Below are positions 1-9,578 of a stretch of 64,000 nt of DNA, one piece after another. Every line of letters begins with the position of its first letter. Within the stretch, counting starts at the first letter, position 1. The DNA lies in assembly GCA_029287195.1 (NCBI GenBank), contig JARFRN010000039.1, positions 1,927-65,926 on the forward strand. Reading direction: 5' to 3'. The position numbers and the translations under genes are program-made. A model generated the notes under the pieces. That model saw only the letters and a list, made by a program, of their open reading frames with translations, searched no databases and was not told where the DNA came from. This stretch comes from Acidimicrobiia bacterium. GTDB taxonomy: Bacteria; Actinomycetota; Acidimicrobiia; Spongiisociales; UBA5794.

Positions 1-1
1 C

Positions 2-370
2 AGTGGCGGCAAACTCCCCGGTGAAGTCGATCGTGAAATCGGTGCCTGCGGGCATCCCCTCGACGCCGGCGATGACGAACGACCCCTCCATCCTGCCGGA
101 CGTCGCTTGCCCGCTTTGGGAGATTGCGGCCAACAGCGGGGAGTCGCCGGTAGCGGCCGGCGCCGCGGTGGTCGGAGCCGCAGTGGTTGGGGGCGCGCTC
201 GTCGTCTCCGGTGCCGCCGTGGTCTCAGCGGGCTGAGCCTCCGTCGTCGCCGTCTCTCCGCTTTCCGTCGTGGCTGCGGTTGTCGTCGGCGCTTCTGCTT
301 CTTCACCGTCGCCGCCACAGGATGCAGCGATCAGCGCGAACAAGACAAGAACAGCGAGGAATCTGCGCAT
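2..370 (-). CDS. putative lipoprotein, N-terminal part only (gene runs off the left edge)
   Basis: Not in the supplied ORF track. The reverse complement from ATG 370..368 reads MRRFLAVLVLFALIAASCGGDGEEAEAPTTTAATTE... and stays open to position 2. It has a signal peptide, a lipobox (LIAAS-C) and a Thr/Ala/Pro-rich linker, with GC-rich third positions. It competes with + ORF 3..236, which is low-complexity Ala/Gly/Val. Confidence 0.6.
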   Translation of the reverse strand, partial: MRRFLAVLVLFALIAASCGGDGEEAEAPTTTAATTESGETATTEAQPAETTAAPETTSAPPTTAAPTTAAPAATGDSPLLAAISQSGQATSGRMEGSFVIAGVEGMPAGTDFTIDFTGEFAAT

Positions 371-437
371 GAGTACCCCCAAATCGGCTTCGCCGGAACG
401 CTAGTCATCTTATCCGCATATGGACCGCCGACCCGAC

Positions 438-456
438 GTTTGACAAAAAGTCAAAC
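438..456. promoter_or_regulatory. perfect 19-bp palindrome GTTTGAC-AAAAA-GTCAAAC (candidate operator, contains a TTGACA -35-like hexamer) upstream of the block A operon
   Basis: Read directly: gtttgacaaaaagtcaaac. It is AT-rich in a GC-rich background and lies 40-55 nt upstream of the 495/498 start, in the divergent gap between the lipoprotein gene and the hydroxylase gene. Confidence 0.45.
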
Positions 457-494
457 CTCTAGGATGGTTGCGGTAGTTCTAGTGAGGAGGAGGT

Positions 495-3077
495 GTGATG
501 GCGGAGACCACGTCTTTCTCTGTCAATGGGCATGATGTCGAGGTCCACAGCGACCATCCCCACCTACTCTCGGCGCTGCGCGAGGAGCTCGGTATCACGT
601 CGCCCAAGGATGGCTGTTCCCCCTCCGGCCAATGCGGGGCATGCACGGTTCTCCTCGATGGAAGAGCCATTCAGAGCTGTCTTGTCAGCATGGACAAAGC
701 AGATGGCAAGCAAGTCACGACTCTCGAGGGCTTCGATCCCGAGGAGCGGGATCGTCTTGGTAAGGCGTTTGCGGTAACCGGGGCGCTGCAGTGCGGATTC
801 TGCACCCCCGGCATTCTCGTGCGCACCAAATCCCTCTTTGACCAGAAGGGTCAGTCGGGCGTGACCTCCGATGTGGCAGCCGGGCGCCTCGGCGCGCATC
901 TCTGCCGCTGCACTGGATATACCAAGATCCTCGAAGCGGTGGAACTTCTGGCGTCGGGCGACATTCCCGACCCTGCCACTCCGCAGAAGATCGGTGAAAA
1001 CGGCGCCAAATACGAAGCGTTCGATCTGGCTCTGGGGGACAGAGGCTACGTCGACGACATGCATCCTGCCGGGATGCTGCATGGCGCCTTGCGACTCACC
1101 GATCACGCTCGCGCCGATGTGCTCAGGATCGACACCAGCGAGGCAAGAGCCGCCGAGGGGGTTGTCGGAGTGTTCACCGGCGCCGATGTTCCCGGAGAGC
1201 TCCGTGTCGGGATAATCGACACCGATTGGCCTGTATTCATACCCGAGGGTGGCCGTACCTCCTACTACGGCGACGTGCTGGCAATCGTCGTAGCCGAGAC
1301 CAAGGCGCAGGCTCGGGCCGCTGCCGAGCTGATCGAGGTCGATTACCGCGTACTCACCCCATTTGCCGATCCGAAGAGCGCCCTTGTGTCGGAGGAAGCT
1401 GCGGTGTGGGGTCTCGAAGGCAACATTCTCTCTACCTCGAAGTATTCGCGGGGCGATGTCGACGCCGCTCTGGCAACGTCTGCTCACACCATCCACGAGG
1501 TGTTCCAGACGCAGCGTGTCGAGCACGCTTTCCTGGAGCCGGAGTCGACACTGGCCGTTCCGGGTCTCGACGGGAGCTTGACGGTCTACTCGGGTGGTCA
1601 GGGTATCTGGGACGATCGCAATCAGATCGCGTCGATGCTCGACATCGATCAAAGCAAGGTCACCGTCGAACTCGTATCCAACGGTGGAGCTTTTGGCGGC
1701 AAGGAGGATATGGCCAATCAGGGCCAGACCGCGCTGGCGGCACATCTCTTGCAGCGCCCCGTCAAGTGCACGTTGTCTCGCGAGGAATCATTCCGCATCC
1801 ACGCCAAGCGACATCCGATAGAGATCGAGGTATGGGCGGGCTGTGACGAAGACGGCAAACTAACCGCCTTGCGCTCGCGCATGATTGGAGACTCCGGTCC
1901 TTACGCCTCCGTCGGGATGAAGGTCCTGGAACGGGCCGCCGGACATATGACCGGGCCGTACGTTACCCAAACCGTTGATGTCGAGGCGATCGCCGTCCGC
2001 ACCAACAACCCGGTATGCGGTGCCTTTCGCGGTTTTGGTGCCAACCAGGCACAGTTTGCGATGGAAGGCATCATGGATCGGCTTGCCGACGCCGTCGGTA
2101 TCACGGGCTGGGAGATGCGCAACCGCAACGTGATCAGCCCGGGTGTCGTTTGGGGTCCCGGCCAAATTATGGACGATGGTTGTCGCGGCGCCAAGGAATG
2201 CCTCGATGCCGTCAAGCCCGCCTACGACCTGGCTCGCGCCGAGGGCAAGGCAGTCGGCATAGGCCTGGCGTTGAAGAACAGCGGCCTGGGTAACGGCTTC
2301 TTGGAGATCTCTCGGGCGGTGGTCCGCTTCGAGGAGGATGGCACCGTCGAGGTGCGTCACTGCTGGACCGAGATGGGCCAGGGCGTGCACACCGTGGCAC
2401 TCCAGGTGGCTGCCGAAGAGCTGCGGGTCGACGCCGACCGGATCAAGGTCATCGTTGATACAACCCGCGAGCTCGGCGCTGGCCAGACCACCGGATCCCG
2501 CGGTACGTTGATGGCTGCCGGAGGCGTTGCCGATGCGTGCAGAGTCGCCAACGAGAACGACCAGAAGCCCGGCATCGACTATGTGGGGGAGTACCGGGTC
2601 GACTGGACCAACGCCCTCGAAGACGGCCTGGAGAACCCAATCATCCACTCGGCATTCGGCTATGCATGCCAGGTCGTCATTGCCGACAAGGCGACCGGCA
2701 AGATCGAAAAGGTCGTCGCAGCTCACGATGTGGGACGTGCCATCAATCCGCTGCTGACGATTGGCCAGGTGGAGGGTGCGGTGCACATGGGCCTCGGCTA
2801 CGCACTGACAGAGGACTTCCCTACCGACGAAGAAGCCAAGCCGACGAATTGGACGTTGCGCAGCCTCGGCATTCTCCGCGCCAAGGACATGCCCGAAGTA
2901 GAGACGATTCTCGTCGAGGTCCCCCAGCCCCGTGCCCCGTATGGGGTCAAGGGCGTCGGTGAGATCGGTCTCGTTCCGACCGCCGGGGCCGTTGCCGGCG
3001 CGTTCTATGAAGTGGATGGCAAGCGTCGCACCCGCGTGCCTTTCAACATCCATCAGCCTTTGGAGGTAGCCAAGTGA
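495..3077 (+). CDS. molybdopterin hydroxylase with fused N-terminal 2x[2Fe-2S] domain and no FAD domain (Desulfovibrio Mop / 'Se-dependent Mo hydroxylase 1' architecture)
   Basis: 860 aa. Canonical Fe-S motifs are present: GCSPSGQCGACTV, LQCGFCTPG, LCRCTGY. These are followed by aldehyde-oxidase/xanthine-dehydrogenase a/b-hammerhead and MoCo-binding regions (GGAFGGKE, CGAFRGFGANQ). A strong SD (GGAGGAGG) lies just upstream. ATG at 498 is an equally plausible start. Confidence 0.9.
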   Translation: MMAETTSFSVNGHDVEVHSDHPHLLSALREELGITSPKDGCSPSGQCGACTVLLDGRAIQSCLVSMDKADGKQVTTLEGFDPEERDRLGKAFAVTGALQCGFCTPGILVRTKSLFDQKGQSGVTSDVAAGRLGAHLCRCTGYTKILEAVELLASGDIPDPATPQKIGENGAKYEAFDLALGDRGYVDDMHPAGMLHGALRLTDHARADVLRIDTSEARAAEGVVGVFTGADVPGELRVGIIDTDWPVFIPEGGRTSYYGDVLAIVVAETKAQARAAAELIEVDYRVLTPFADPKSALVSEEAAVWGLEGNILSTSKYSRGDVDAALATSAHTIHEVFQTQRVEHAFLEPESTLAVPGLDGSLTVYSGGQGIWDDRNQIASMLDIDQSKVTVELVSNGGAFGGKEDMANQGQTALAAHLLQRPVKCTLSREESFRIHAKRHPIEIEVWAGCDEDGKLTALRSRMIGDSGPYASVGMKVLERAAGHMTGPYVTQTVDVEAIAVRTNNPVCGAFRGFGANQAQFAMEGIMDRLADAVGITGWEMRNRNVISPGVVWGPGQIMDDGCRGAKECLDAVKPAYDLARAEGKAVGIGLALKNSGLGNGFLEISRAVVRFEEDGTVEVRHCWTEMGQGVHTVALQVAAEELRVDADRIKVIVDTTRELGAGQTTGSRGTLMAAGGVADACRVANENDQKPGIDYVGEYRVDWTNALEDGLENPIIHSAFGYACQVVIADKATGKIEKVVAAHDVGRAINPLLTIGQVEGAVHMGLGYALTEDFPTDEEAKPTNWTLRSLGILRAKDMPEVETILVEVPQPRAPYGVKGVGEIGLVPTAGAVAGAFYEVDGKRRTRVPFNIHQPLEVAK

Positions 3078-4096
3078 CTGCAACCACACCAGGGCTCGTC
3101 TGTGCCCACCATCACCTGTACTCGGAGCTGGCCCGCGGCATGCCGCCACCACCCAAAGTGGCAACCAACTTCCAGGAAATCCTCGAGCAGATCTGGTGGC
3201 GGCTAGATCGAGCCCTCGACCTCGACATGCTCTATGCGTCGGCGCGGCTGGGCGCACTCGAGGCGCTCGAAGCCGGTACCACCGCCATCGTCGACCACAA
3301 CGAATCGCCCAATGCGATCGAAGGGTCGCTGTCTGTGCTGGCCGAGGCCTGTGAGGAGGTAGGGGTCCGATTGCTTACCGCCTACGGCGTGAGCGACCGC
3401 AACGGCCCGGACCAAGTCGAGCGAGGCCTCGCCGAGAACGAGCGCTTCATCAAGGAAGGCGGCAAGGGATTAGTAGGCATTCACGCCGCCTTCACCTGCA
3501 CCGATGAGTCGCTGGAAGCCGCAGCAGGATTGGCCAAGGATCTGGGGGTGGGCGTCCACATCCATGTTTGCGAGGGCATCGGCGACATCGATGCCCCGCA
3601 GCGTCTGGAAGGCCTTACCGAGGACAACTGGCTCATCAGCCACTGCGTCCATCTCCCCACCGATCACAATCTCAAGGGGACGATCCTGCACAATCCCCGG
3701 TCCAACCTGAACAACGGTGTGGGCTATGCCGATCCAGCCCGATTCTCCAACCCGGTCGCGTTGGGTACCGACGGCATCGGGGCCAACATGATCGAGTCGT
3801 TCCGGCTCGCCTATGTGATGCAACGTTCGGTCGATGTGACCGCAGGGCCCGACCCGGCCTGGTCATGGCTCGAGGAGGGGTGGAACATCGTCCCCGAGGC
3901 CCGCAGCGACCAGGTCACGTGGTCATACGACCCGATGGACCCGTGGCACCTGGCCTTCACCCCCGGTGTCCATCCGCTCGAAGTCAAGGTCGACGGTGAG
4001 GTGGTTTTCGCCGAAGGCAAGCCAACCCGGGTCGACGGCGAGGAGATCCGCGCCAAGGCCAGAGAACAAGCAGAGAGGCTGCACGCAAGACTCTAG
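3074..4096 (+). CDS. ssnA: SsnA-like amidohydrolase (chlorohydrolase/aminohydrolase superfamily), short form
   Basis: 340 aa. GTG start with a GTGA overlap on the upstream stop. LVCAHHHLYSELARGM...IWWRLDRALD...DHNESPNAIEGSLS...HIHVCEG...LGTDGIG parallels the SsnA core as I remember it (PGIVCSHNHFYSGLSRG...LWWRLDRALD...DHHASP). HxH, H and D metal-ligand positions are present. Confidence 0.8.
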   Translation: MTATTPGLVCAHHHLYSELARGMPPPPKVATNFQEILEQIWWRLDRALDLDMLYASARLGALEALEAGTTAIVDHNESPNAIEGSLSVLAEACEEVGVRLLTAYGVSDRNGPDQVERGLAENERFIKEGGKGLVGIHAAFTCTDESLEAAAGLAKDLGVGVHIHVCEGIGDIDAPQRLEGLTEDNWLISHCVHLPTDHNLKGTILHNPRSNLNNGVGYADPARFSNPVALGTDGIGANMIESFRLAYVMQRSVDVTAGPDPAWSWLEEGWNIVPEARSDQVTWSYDPMDPWHLAFTPGVHPLEVKVDGEVVFAEGKPTRVDGEEIRAKAREQAERLHARL

Positions 4097-4127
4097 AAAT
4101 CTAGCTCGAGGCTGAGAGGAGCCGCTG

Positions 4128-7100
4128 ATGTCGGACCGTTTCCATCAAATCCCGATGGAGCAGCTAACGGATTGGGTATTCACGGAACTCGAGGAGAAGG
4201 ACTCGATCTTCGGTATCCCCCGTTCGGCGTTCTTTGTACCTTCCGGGGACGATCGTTTCCGACTCGAGAAGTACGGTCAGCTGCTCGAGACCCCGTTCGG
4301 GGTTGCCGCCGGTCCCCACACCCAGATGGCCCAGAACATCATCGTCTCCTGGTTGGTCGGCGCTCGGTTCCTCGAGCTGAAGACCATCCAGACCCTGGAC
4401 GAGCTGGATGTCAACAAGCCGTGTATCGATCTGGAGGACGAGGGCTACAACGTCGAGTGGTCTCAGGAACTCAAGGTCTTCGAATCGTTCGATGAGTACC
4501 TACGGGCGTGGGTGCTGATTCACGCATTGCATCGCAAACTCGGGTTCCCCGGTGATTCCCCGGGAATGATCTTCAATATGTCGGTTGGCTACAACCTCGA
4601 GGGCATCAAGCAGCCGAATGTCCAGTGGTATTTCGATGCGATGGCCGATGCCTCGCAGTACAAGCAGGCATACGTCGACATCGTGGCGGAGAGGTACCCG
4701 GAGATCCGGGAGATCGACATTCCCGACACCGTCTCGGACACAATCACGCTGTCGACCATGCACGGTTGCCCTCCCGACGAGATCGAGGCGATCGTTCTCT
4801 ATCTACTCAACGAGCGGAAGATTCATACCTCGGTCAAGTGCAATCCGACCCTCCTCGGCTCCGATCGAGTGCGTGGCATCGTGAACGACGATCTCGGCTT
4901 TGCCGATATCCCGGTTCCCGACGAAGCCTTTGGGCACGATCTGAAGTACATCGATGCGGTCCCGATGTTCCACAACTTGCGACGGGTGGCCCGCGCCAAC
5001 GATCTCGTTTTTGGGCTCAAGCTCACCAACACCCTCGAAGTCGAAAACCACCGGCCCGTGTTCGACCGCGACGAGATGATGTACATGTCGGGGCGTTCGC
5101 TGCATGCAGTGACCACCAACCTTGCGCTGCGGTTGTCCGAGGAGTTCAAGGGAGACATGCTGCTGTCTTTTGCCGGCGGGGCGGACGCCTTCAATGTGGC
5201 CGACTTGATGCGTTCCGGCATGACCACCATCACAGTCTGCTCTGATCTGCTCAAGACGGGCGGCTACTTGCGGTTCCCGCAGTACATCGAAGAGCTCAAC
5301 CGGGCGATGGATGCTGCCGGTGCCGATACCCTCCCGGACTTCGTCGCCAACACTGCGGTCGCTCAGGAGAACATGACGGACTTCGTACCGCTGCTGGCCT
5401 ACTCGTCGTTGACCGAGAGCGGGCTCAATCTCAGTGCCGAGCAAGCAGTCGCATTGAGCGAGCGACTGCGCTACGAAACCGGCGGTGAGTCGCCTATTGC
5501 GGTTATCGATGCTTGGGCTGGGGAGAATGGGTTCGATGACGGGCGCACTGCCGTCGTGGTCGAGTTGGCGATCAATGCGCTGAAGCGGGTCAATCTGCGG
5601 CAATATGCCCAGTTCGTGCGAACGGACTGGCGCTACAAAAAGGGATCCTTCCGCACCGATCGCTCGAAGACCGACCGCGCCCTGCACCTGTTCGATTGCA
5701 TTGAGGCGCCATGTGTCGACGAGTGCCCGATCGATCAGGACGTTCCTGCCTACATGCGGGCAGTCCGTGAGGGTGACTTCGCGCGGGCCGTGGCGATCAC
5801 CCGCACGGACAACCCGTTGGGCTCGATGCTGGGTCGGGTATGCGATCACCTGTGCGAGACAACCTGCATCCGGACCCATATGGATGAGCCGCTTGCCATC
5901 CGCGAGATGAAGCGCTTCATCATGGAGCACGAGAACGGCAGTTCGGCGACCAAGTCGGCCGGCACGGCCGGCAAGGTCGCCATCATCGGCGCCGGCCCCG
6001 CGGGCATAGCCGCGGCTCGGGAGCTGGGCCGGGCAGATTTCACGGTGACGGTCTTCGAGCACCACCCCTACGCCGGCGGCATGGCCGGGGGAGCTATCCC
6101 TGAGTACCGGATACCTCAGGCCAACATCGATCAGGACCTCGAAGTGCTCGACCAGCTTGGCGTCGAGATCAAGTACAACACAACGGCGGGTGAGGATTTC
6201 TCCCTGGCCGACCTGCGCGACCAGGGTTACCAGTACACCTTTGTTGCAGTGGGAGCCCAGCTGCCCAAGTATCTCGGCTTCGAGAATGAGGACAGCGAGG
6301 GGGTCATCGATGCCCTTGCCTTTTTGCGGAGCGTCCGGGAAGGCCGACCGATGGAGATCGGACCCCGTGTAGGGGTCGTCGGCGCCGGTGACACGGCAAT
6401 GGATTGCGTGCGCTCGGCGTGGCGGGTTGGGGCTACCGAAACGTCGCTGATTTACCGCCGCACCATCGACCAGATGCCTGCAGATCGGGAGGAGATCCAC
6501 GAGAGCATCGTGGAGGGCGTCAACATCATCGAACTCGCCAATCCACACGCCATCAACGCTGAGGACGGAAAACTGAGTGGGTTGGTGTGCACCAAGACCG
6601 AGTACCGGGGCGAGCGTGATTCATCCGGGCGCAAAATCCCGTTCGATGTTCCCGACTCACAGTTCGAGATCGAGCTGGACACTCTGATCCTCGCCATCAG
6701 CCAGCATTCGCTGCTCGACTTCTTCGATGAGAAACCGGGGCTCACCAATCGGGGATACATAGCGGTCGATCCGGAAACCTACGAGAGTTCCATACCCGGT
6801 GTCTACGCCGGCGGTGACGTGGCGGCTGATGGACCATCATCCATCGTGAAAGCCGCGGCCGACGGCAAGCGGGTAGCCAACGCGATCATCAAGCACGCCA
6901 CCGGGACACCGGTCCCGATGCCGAGCACCTGGAAGCCGCTCGAGCTGAAGCTGCAGGACATGGTCGTGAAGCGAGCTCGACGTGAATACCGGGTGCCGGT
7001 GCGACACTCACCGCTGAATGCACGGGCGAACTTCGATGAGACCATCTACACCTACACGGAGGAAGAGGCGAAAGCGGAGGCTTCCCGTTGTCTCGATTGC

Positions 7101-7700
7101 GACACCATCTGCAGCCTCTGCGTTGGAGTTTGCCCGAACATGGCGTTGCTGACCTACCAAATGGCGCCGTTCCGGGCACAGCTTCCCGCGCTGGCGATCG
7201 CTGGGGGTGACGTCGTCGTTGGTGATGCTGCACAATTTGCAGTCGACCAGTCGTTGCAGATCGCCGTGCTCACGGACTTCTGCAATGAGTGCGGCAACTG
7301 CGTTACCGCCTGCCCCACCTCCGGTGAGCCCTTTCGCGATAAGCCTCGGCTGTACCTGGATCGCCCCGACTTCGAAGCAGAGAAGGACAATGCCTTCTGG
7401 GTAGAGCAGCAGGGCGATACCACCGTTGTCGAAGCGCGCTGGGACGGGGAAACTCACCGCCTCGCGATCAACGGGCAGGTCGAATATTCGGCTCCGGCGC
7501 TGAGAGCAACACTTGCCGCCGACACTCTCGAGCTCATTACGGCGGCTCCCGGTGAGTCGGCTGCCGAAGGGCAGAGCGTGTCGTTGGAGCAGGCCGCACA
7601 GATGTATGCGTTCTGGCGTGGGCTCAGCGGCTCGATGCCGCAGGTACCCACAGCAGGTGTCGAGGGAACCAAGGTGGCCCACCCCGGATACGAGGAATAG
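4128..7700 (+). CDS. ygfK: YgfK-like Fe-S flavoprotein: DPD-like TIM barrel, then GltD-like Fe-S/FAD/NAD(P) module, then C-terminal 2x[4Fe-4S] ferredoxin
   Basis: 1190 aa. N-terminus IFGIPRSAFF...PFGVAAGPHTQMAQNI...ELKTIQ...STMHGCPPDEIE. Cys clusters CIEAPCVDECP and CDHLCETTC. Dinucleotide fold KVAIIGAGPAGIAAA...GGM. Ferredoxin motifs CLDCDTICSLCVGVCP and CNECGNCVTACP. Colinear with E. coli YgfK as recalled, but longer. Confidence 0.88.
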   Translation: MSDRFHQIPMEQLTDWVFTELEEKDSIFGIPRSAFFVPSGDDRFRLEKYGQLLETPFGVAAGPHTQMAQNIIVSWLVGARFLELKTIQTLDELDVNKPCIDLEDEGYNVEWSQELKVFESFDEYLRAWVLIHALHRKLGFPGDSPGMIFNMSVGYNLEGIKQPNVQWYFDAMADASQYKQAYVDIVAERYPEIREIDIPDTVSDTITLSTMHGCPPDEIEAIVLYLLNERKIHTSVKCNPTLLGSDRVRGIVNDDLGFADIPVPDEAFGHDLKYIDAVPMFHNLRRVARANDLVFGLKLTNTLEVENHRPVFDRDEMMYMSGRSLHAVTTNLALRLSEEFKGDMLLSFAGGADAFNVADLMRSGMTTITVCSDLLKTGGYLRFPQYIEELNRAMDAAGADTLPDFVANTAVAQENMTDFVPLLAYSSLTESGLNLSAEQAVALSERLRYETGGESPIAVIDAWAGENGFDDGRTAVVVELAINALKRVNLRQYAQFVRTDWRYKKGSFRTDRSKTDRALHLFDCIEAPCVDECPIDQDVPAYMRAVREGDFARAVAITRTDNPLGSMLGRVCDHLCETTCIRTHMDEPLAIREMKRFIMEHENGSSATKSAGTAGKVAIIGAGPAGIAAARELGRADFTVTVFEHHPYAGGMAGGAIPEYRIPQANIDQDLEVLDQLGVEIKYNTTAGEDFSLADLRDQGYQYTFVAVGAQLPKYLGFENEDSEGVIDALAFLRSVREGRPMEIGPRVGVVGAGDTAMDCVRSAWRVGATETSLIYRRTIDQMPADREEIHESIVEGVNIIELANPHAINAEDGKLSGLVCTKTEYRGERDSSGRKIPFDVPDSQFEIELDTLILAISQHSLLDFFDEKPGLTNRGYIAVDPETYESSIPGVYAGGDVAADGPSSIVKAAADGKRVANAIIKHATGTPVPMPSTWKPLELKLQDMVVKRARREYRVPVRHSPLNARANFDETIYTYTEEEAKAEASRCLDCDTICSLCVGVCPNMALLTYQMAPFRAQLPALAIAGGDVVVGDAAQFAVDQSLQIAVLTDFCNECGNCVTACPTSGEPFRDKPRLYLDRPDFEAEKDNAFWVEQQGDTTVVEARWDGETHRLAINGQVEYSAPALRATLAADTLELITAAPGESAAEGQSVSLEQAAQMYAFWRGLSGSMPQVPTAGVEGTKVAHPGYEE

Positions 7701-8274
7701 CCCTCGCGCCCGTTGCCAGCTGCTTCGGCGAGGCTCCCCCCTCACTGGCTGGTGCCCGCGCTGTTCGAGCCGGCGCAGGCCTCCGGTACGGCGTTGGCTG
7801 CGACATGGGCGAGTTGCCATCCTCGGCATCGCCAGGATGGGTGGCGAGGTGGTAGCCGCCGAACTGGTCCTCGCCGGCTGCTTGGGGATCGGCTGTCGTC
7901 GGCAGCAGGCGCAGCTCATTCTTGACCAGACGTGCCTGCCTCGCGTTTCACGGGGTGACCTTCCCGCGGCTTCAATGATCGATCGGCCCGGGTTGGCTCG
8001 GCTATTGACAATGTCGAGAGACAAACGCCGCTTGTCAGGGCGTAGTGGGTCAGAGGTTGAGGGCGACCAGGGGAACAATGAGTCCGATAGCGATAACTGC
8101 GCCCACGATTGCTCCAAGGAGAAGTGACTCTCGTCTGCTGCGTTCGCTCATTGTTGTTTTCGCTCCGGCTACATGGTGCATCTACCGAATAGACACTAGT
8201 CTGCCGCACATTGAGAGGAAATGCGCACGCACACATGCGCACGGGCGCCAAACGCAAACCGCCGGTGGTGAACA

Positions 8275-8754
8275 GTGACAACCGAGGTCAAAGAGGAATC
8301 AGCAGAAGTCGCCGATAAGCCGGAGCAGGAGAAGTCGTTCTTCGCCCGGGGTGCGTTGCTGGGTCTGGCCGGCGGAGCAGTTGCCGCGATCCTGGTCATC
8401 AGCGTCTTCGGCTCGGTGGTCTCGCTGTTCGATGACCTGTTCGGATCCGGCGAGGAGGCGGCTGCGCCTGCAGAGGAACTCACCGGTGAAGCGCTCCTCA
8501 TCTCCACCGGCGCCAATCTGGCTACGACCAACGGCTGCATTGGGTGCCACTCGGTCAACGGCCTCGACGGCACCGGTCCGACCTGGACCGGTCTGGCGGC
8601 GCGGGTTGACGAGGAGTATCTCCGCCGGGCCATTCTCGACCCCAACGCCGACATTGCGGAAGGCTTCACCGAGGGAGTGATGCCCGTCACCTATGCGGAC
8701 ACCCTGTCGGACGAAGACGTCGACGCCTTGGTCGCGTATATCCAGTCGCTCTAG
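8275..8754 (+). CDS. membrane-anchored class I c-type cytochrome
   Basis: 159 aa. One TM segment (ALLGLAGGAVAAILVISVFGSVV), a heme motif CIGCH, and a distal Met region (GVMPV). Confidence 0.8.
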   Translation: MTTEVKEESAEVADKPEQEKSFFARGALLGLAGGAVAAILVISVFGSVVSLFDDLFGSGEEAAAPAEELTGEALLISTGANLATTNGCIGCHSVNGLDGTGPTWTGLAARVDEEYLRRAILDPNADIAEGFTEGVMPVTYADTLSDEDVDALVAYIQSL

Positions 8755-8758
8755 GCCA

Positions 8759-9190
8759 TCAGAGACCCTCGATCTGGACAAAAGCGTGAAGCTCGACTTC
8801 GGTGATGTGGCGTGTATTCCGGAAGCCGAGGCTTTCGTAGAACTCGTGTTGCGCCGGTAGATCGTCGGTCAGCAACACCTTCTGGCGAACGTGGCTGAAG
8901 CGTTTGAGGCACCTCTGGAGCAGTGCCGTTCCGACGCCCTGCCGCTGCCATTCGGGTCGGACCAGGATGTCTTGCAGGTAGAAGACCGACGCATCGTCAG
9001 ATAGCCCGCGTGCCAGCCCAATGAGTACGCCTGCGACTCGGGCCTCTACCACGTAGGTCGAGTTTGCGATCGCGGTTGCCAGCGCTTTCGGGTCTTTGGT
9101 GTAGGCGCCCCACTCCACTGATGCGTAGAGATCGAGCAAATCCGACCCAGCCACCGAATCGACGTCGCGGATCTCGAGCGCCTCGTTCAC
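8759..9190 (-). CDS. GNAT family N-acetyltransferase
   Basis: 143 aa. Acetyl-CoA loop VRPEWQRQGVGTALL, and the tail motif EFYESLGF. Confidence 0.8.
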   Translation of the reverse strand: MNEALEIRDVDSVAGSDLLDLYASVEWGAYTKDPKALATAIANSTYVVEARVAGVLIGLARGLSDDASVFYLQDILVRPEWQRQGVGTALLQRCLKRFSHVRQKVLLTDDLPAQHEFYESLGFRNTRHITEVELHAFVQIEGL

Positions 9191-9495
9191 GCTCGATCGA
9201 CAACTTCGAACTCGAGCAAGGCAGAGCCGGTTCCGATCGGGGAAGGTCGCGAGGAGTCATCGCCGCCGTGGCCGTGTTGGAATTGCTGTGACTCGAGCCA
9301 GTTCCGGAAAGCTTCTTCCGACCCCCACCGGGTATAGACGAAGTATCGAGTCTCACCTGCGGTGGGTCGCAGCAATTCGAAGCCCTCGAATCCGGGCATT
9401 TGCTCGACCGCACCAAGCCGGGCTGCAAACCTCGCCTCGAGTTCGGGTCCGGCTCCTTCGGGAACGGAGATTGCATTGATCTTCACGACGCTCAT
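9187..9495 (-). CDS. antibiotic-biosynthesis-monooxygenase (ABM/IsdG-like) domain protein
   Basis: 102 aa. MSVVKINAISVPEG...FEGFELLRP...YFVYTRWGSEEAFRNW is a typical ferredoxin-like ABM pattern. 4-nt overlap with the GNAT gene. Confidence 0.7.
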   Translation of the reverse strand: MSVVKINAISVPEGAGPELEARFAARLGAVEQMPGFEGFELLRPTAGETRYFVYTRWGSEEAFRNWLESQQFQHGHGGDDSSRPSPIGTGSALLEFEVVDRA

Positions 9496-9578
9496 GGTTC
9501 GGTGCTCCTGACTTGCGGGAGACGATTATCTCGCATTGCCGGCTTCCTACAGGCAAGCCGGTCTGCGGTCGCAGGTGG

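Noticed and set aside
3-236. Plus-strand 77-aa ORF at the left edge
   Set aside because: It is low-complexity Ala/Gly/Val. The opposite strand encodes a convincing lipoprotein N-terminus (signal peptide plus lipobox) over the same bases.
370-494. Moco riboswitch upstream of the hydroxylase operons (also checked at 18094..18238)
   Set aside because: The gaps are short (125 and 145 nt), and I could not recognise the conserved Moco-motif segments by eye. A covariance-model scan is needed to exclude it properly.
564-3257. Long minus-strand ORFs (564..1745, 1860..3257) antisense to the 860-aa hydroxylase
   Set aside because: These are typical GC-rich antisense artefacts: Arg/Gly/Pro/His-rich, no recognisable motifs, and fully nested in a motif-rich gene.
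4803-8117. Minus-strand ORFs 4803..6548 (581 aa) and 7008..8117 (369 aa)
   Set aside because: They lie antisense to ygfK and have no domain signatures. The part of 7008..8117 beyond the ygfK stop is Arg/Ser/Pro-rich and not protein-like.
8050-8151. 33-codon minus-strand ORF MSERSRRESLLLGAIVGAVIAIGLIVPLVALNL (one TM helix) with GGAG 11 nt upstream
   Set aside because: It is plausible as a small membrane protein. However, it is short, its GC3 is lower than neighbouring genes, and no homology can be judged by eye. It is not reported as a feature.
7701-8274. 574-bp region between ygfK and the cytochrome c gene, with several overlapping 60-120-aa ORFs on both strands
   Set aside because: None has a protein-like composition or a convincing start/SD. 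It is treated as intergenic, apart from the possible small ORF at 8050..8151.
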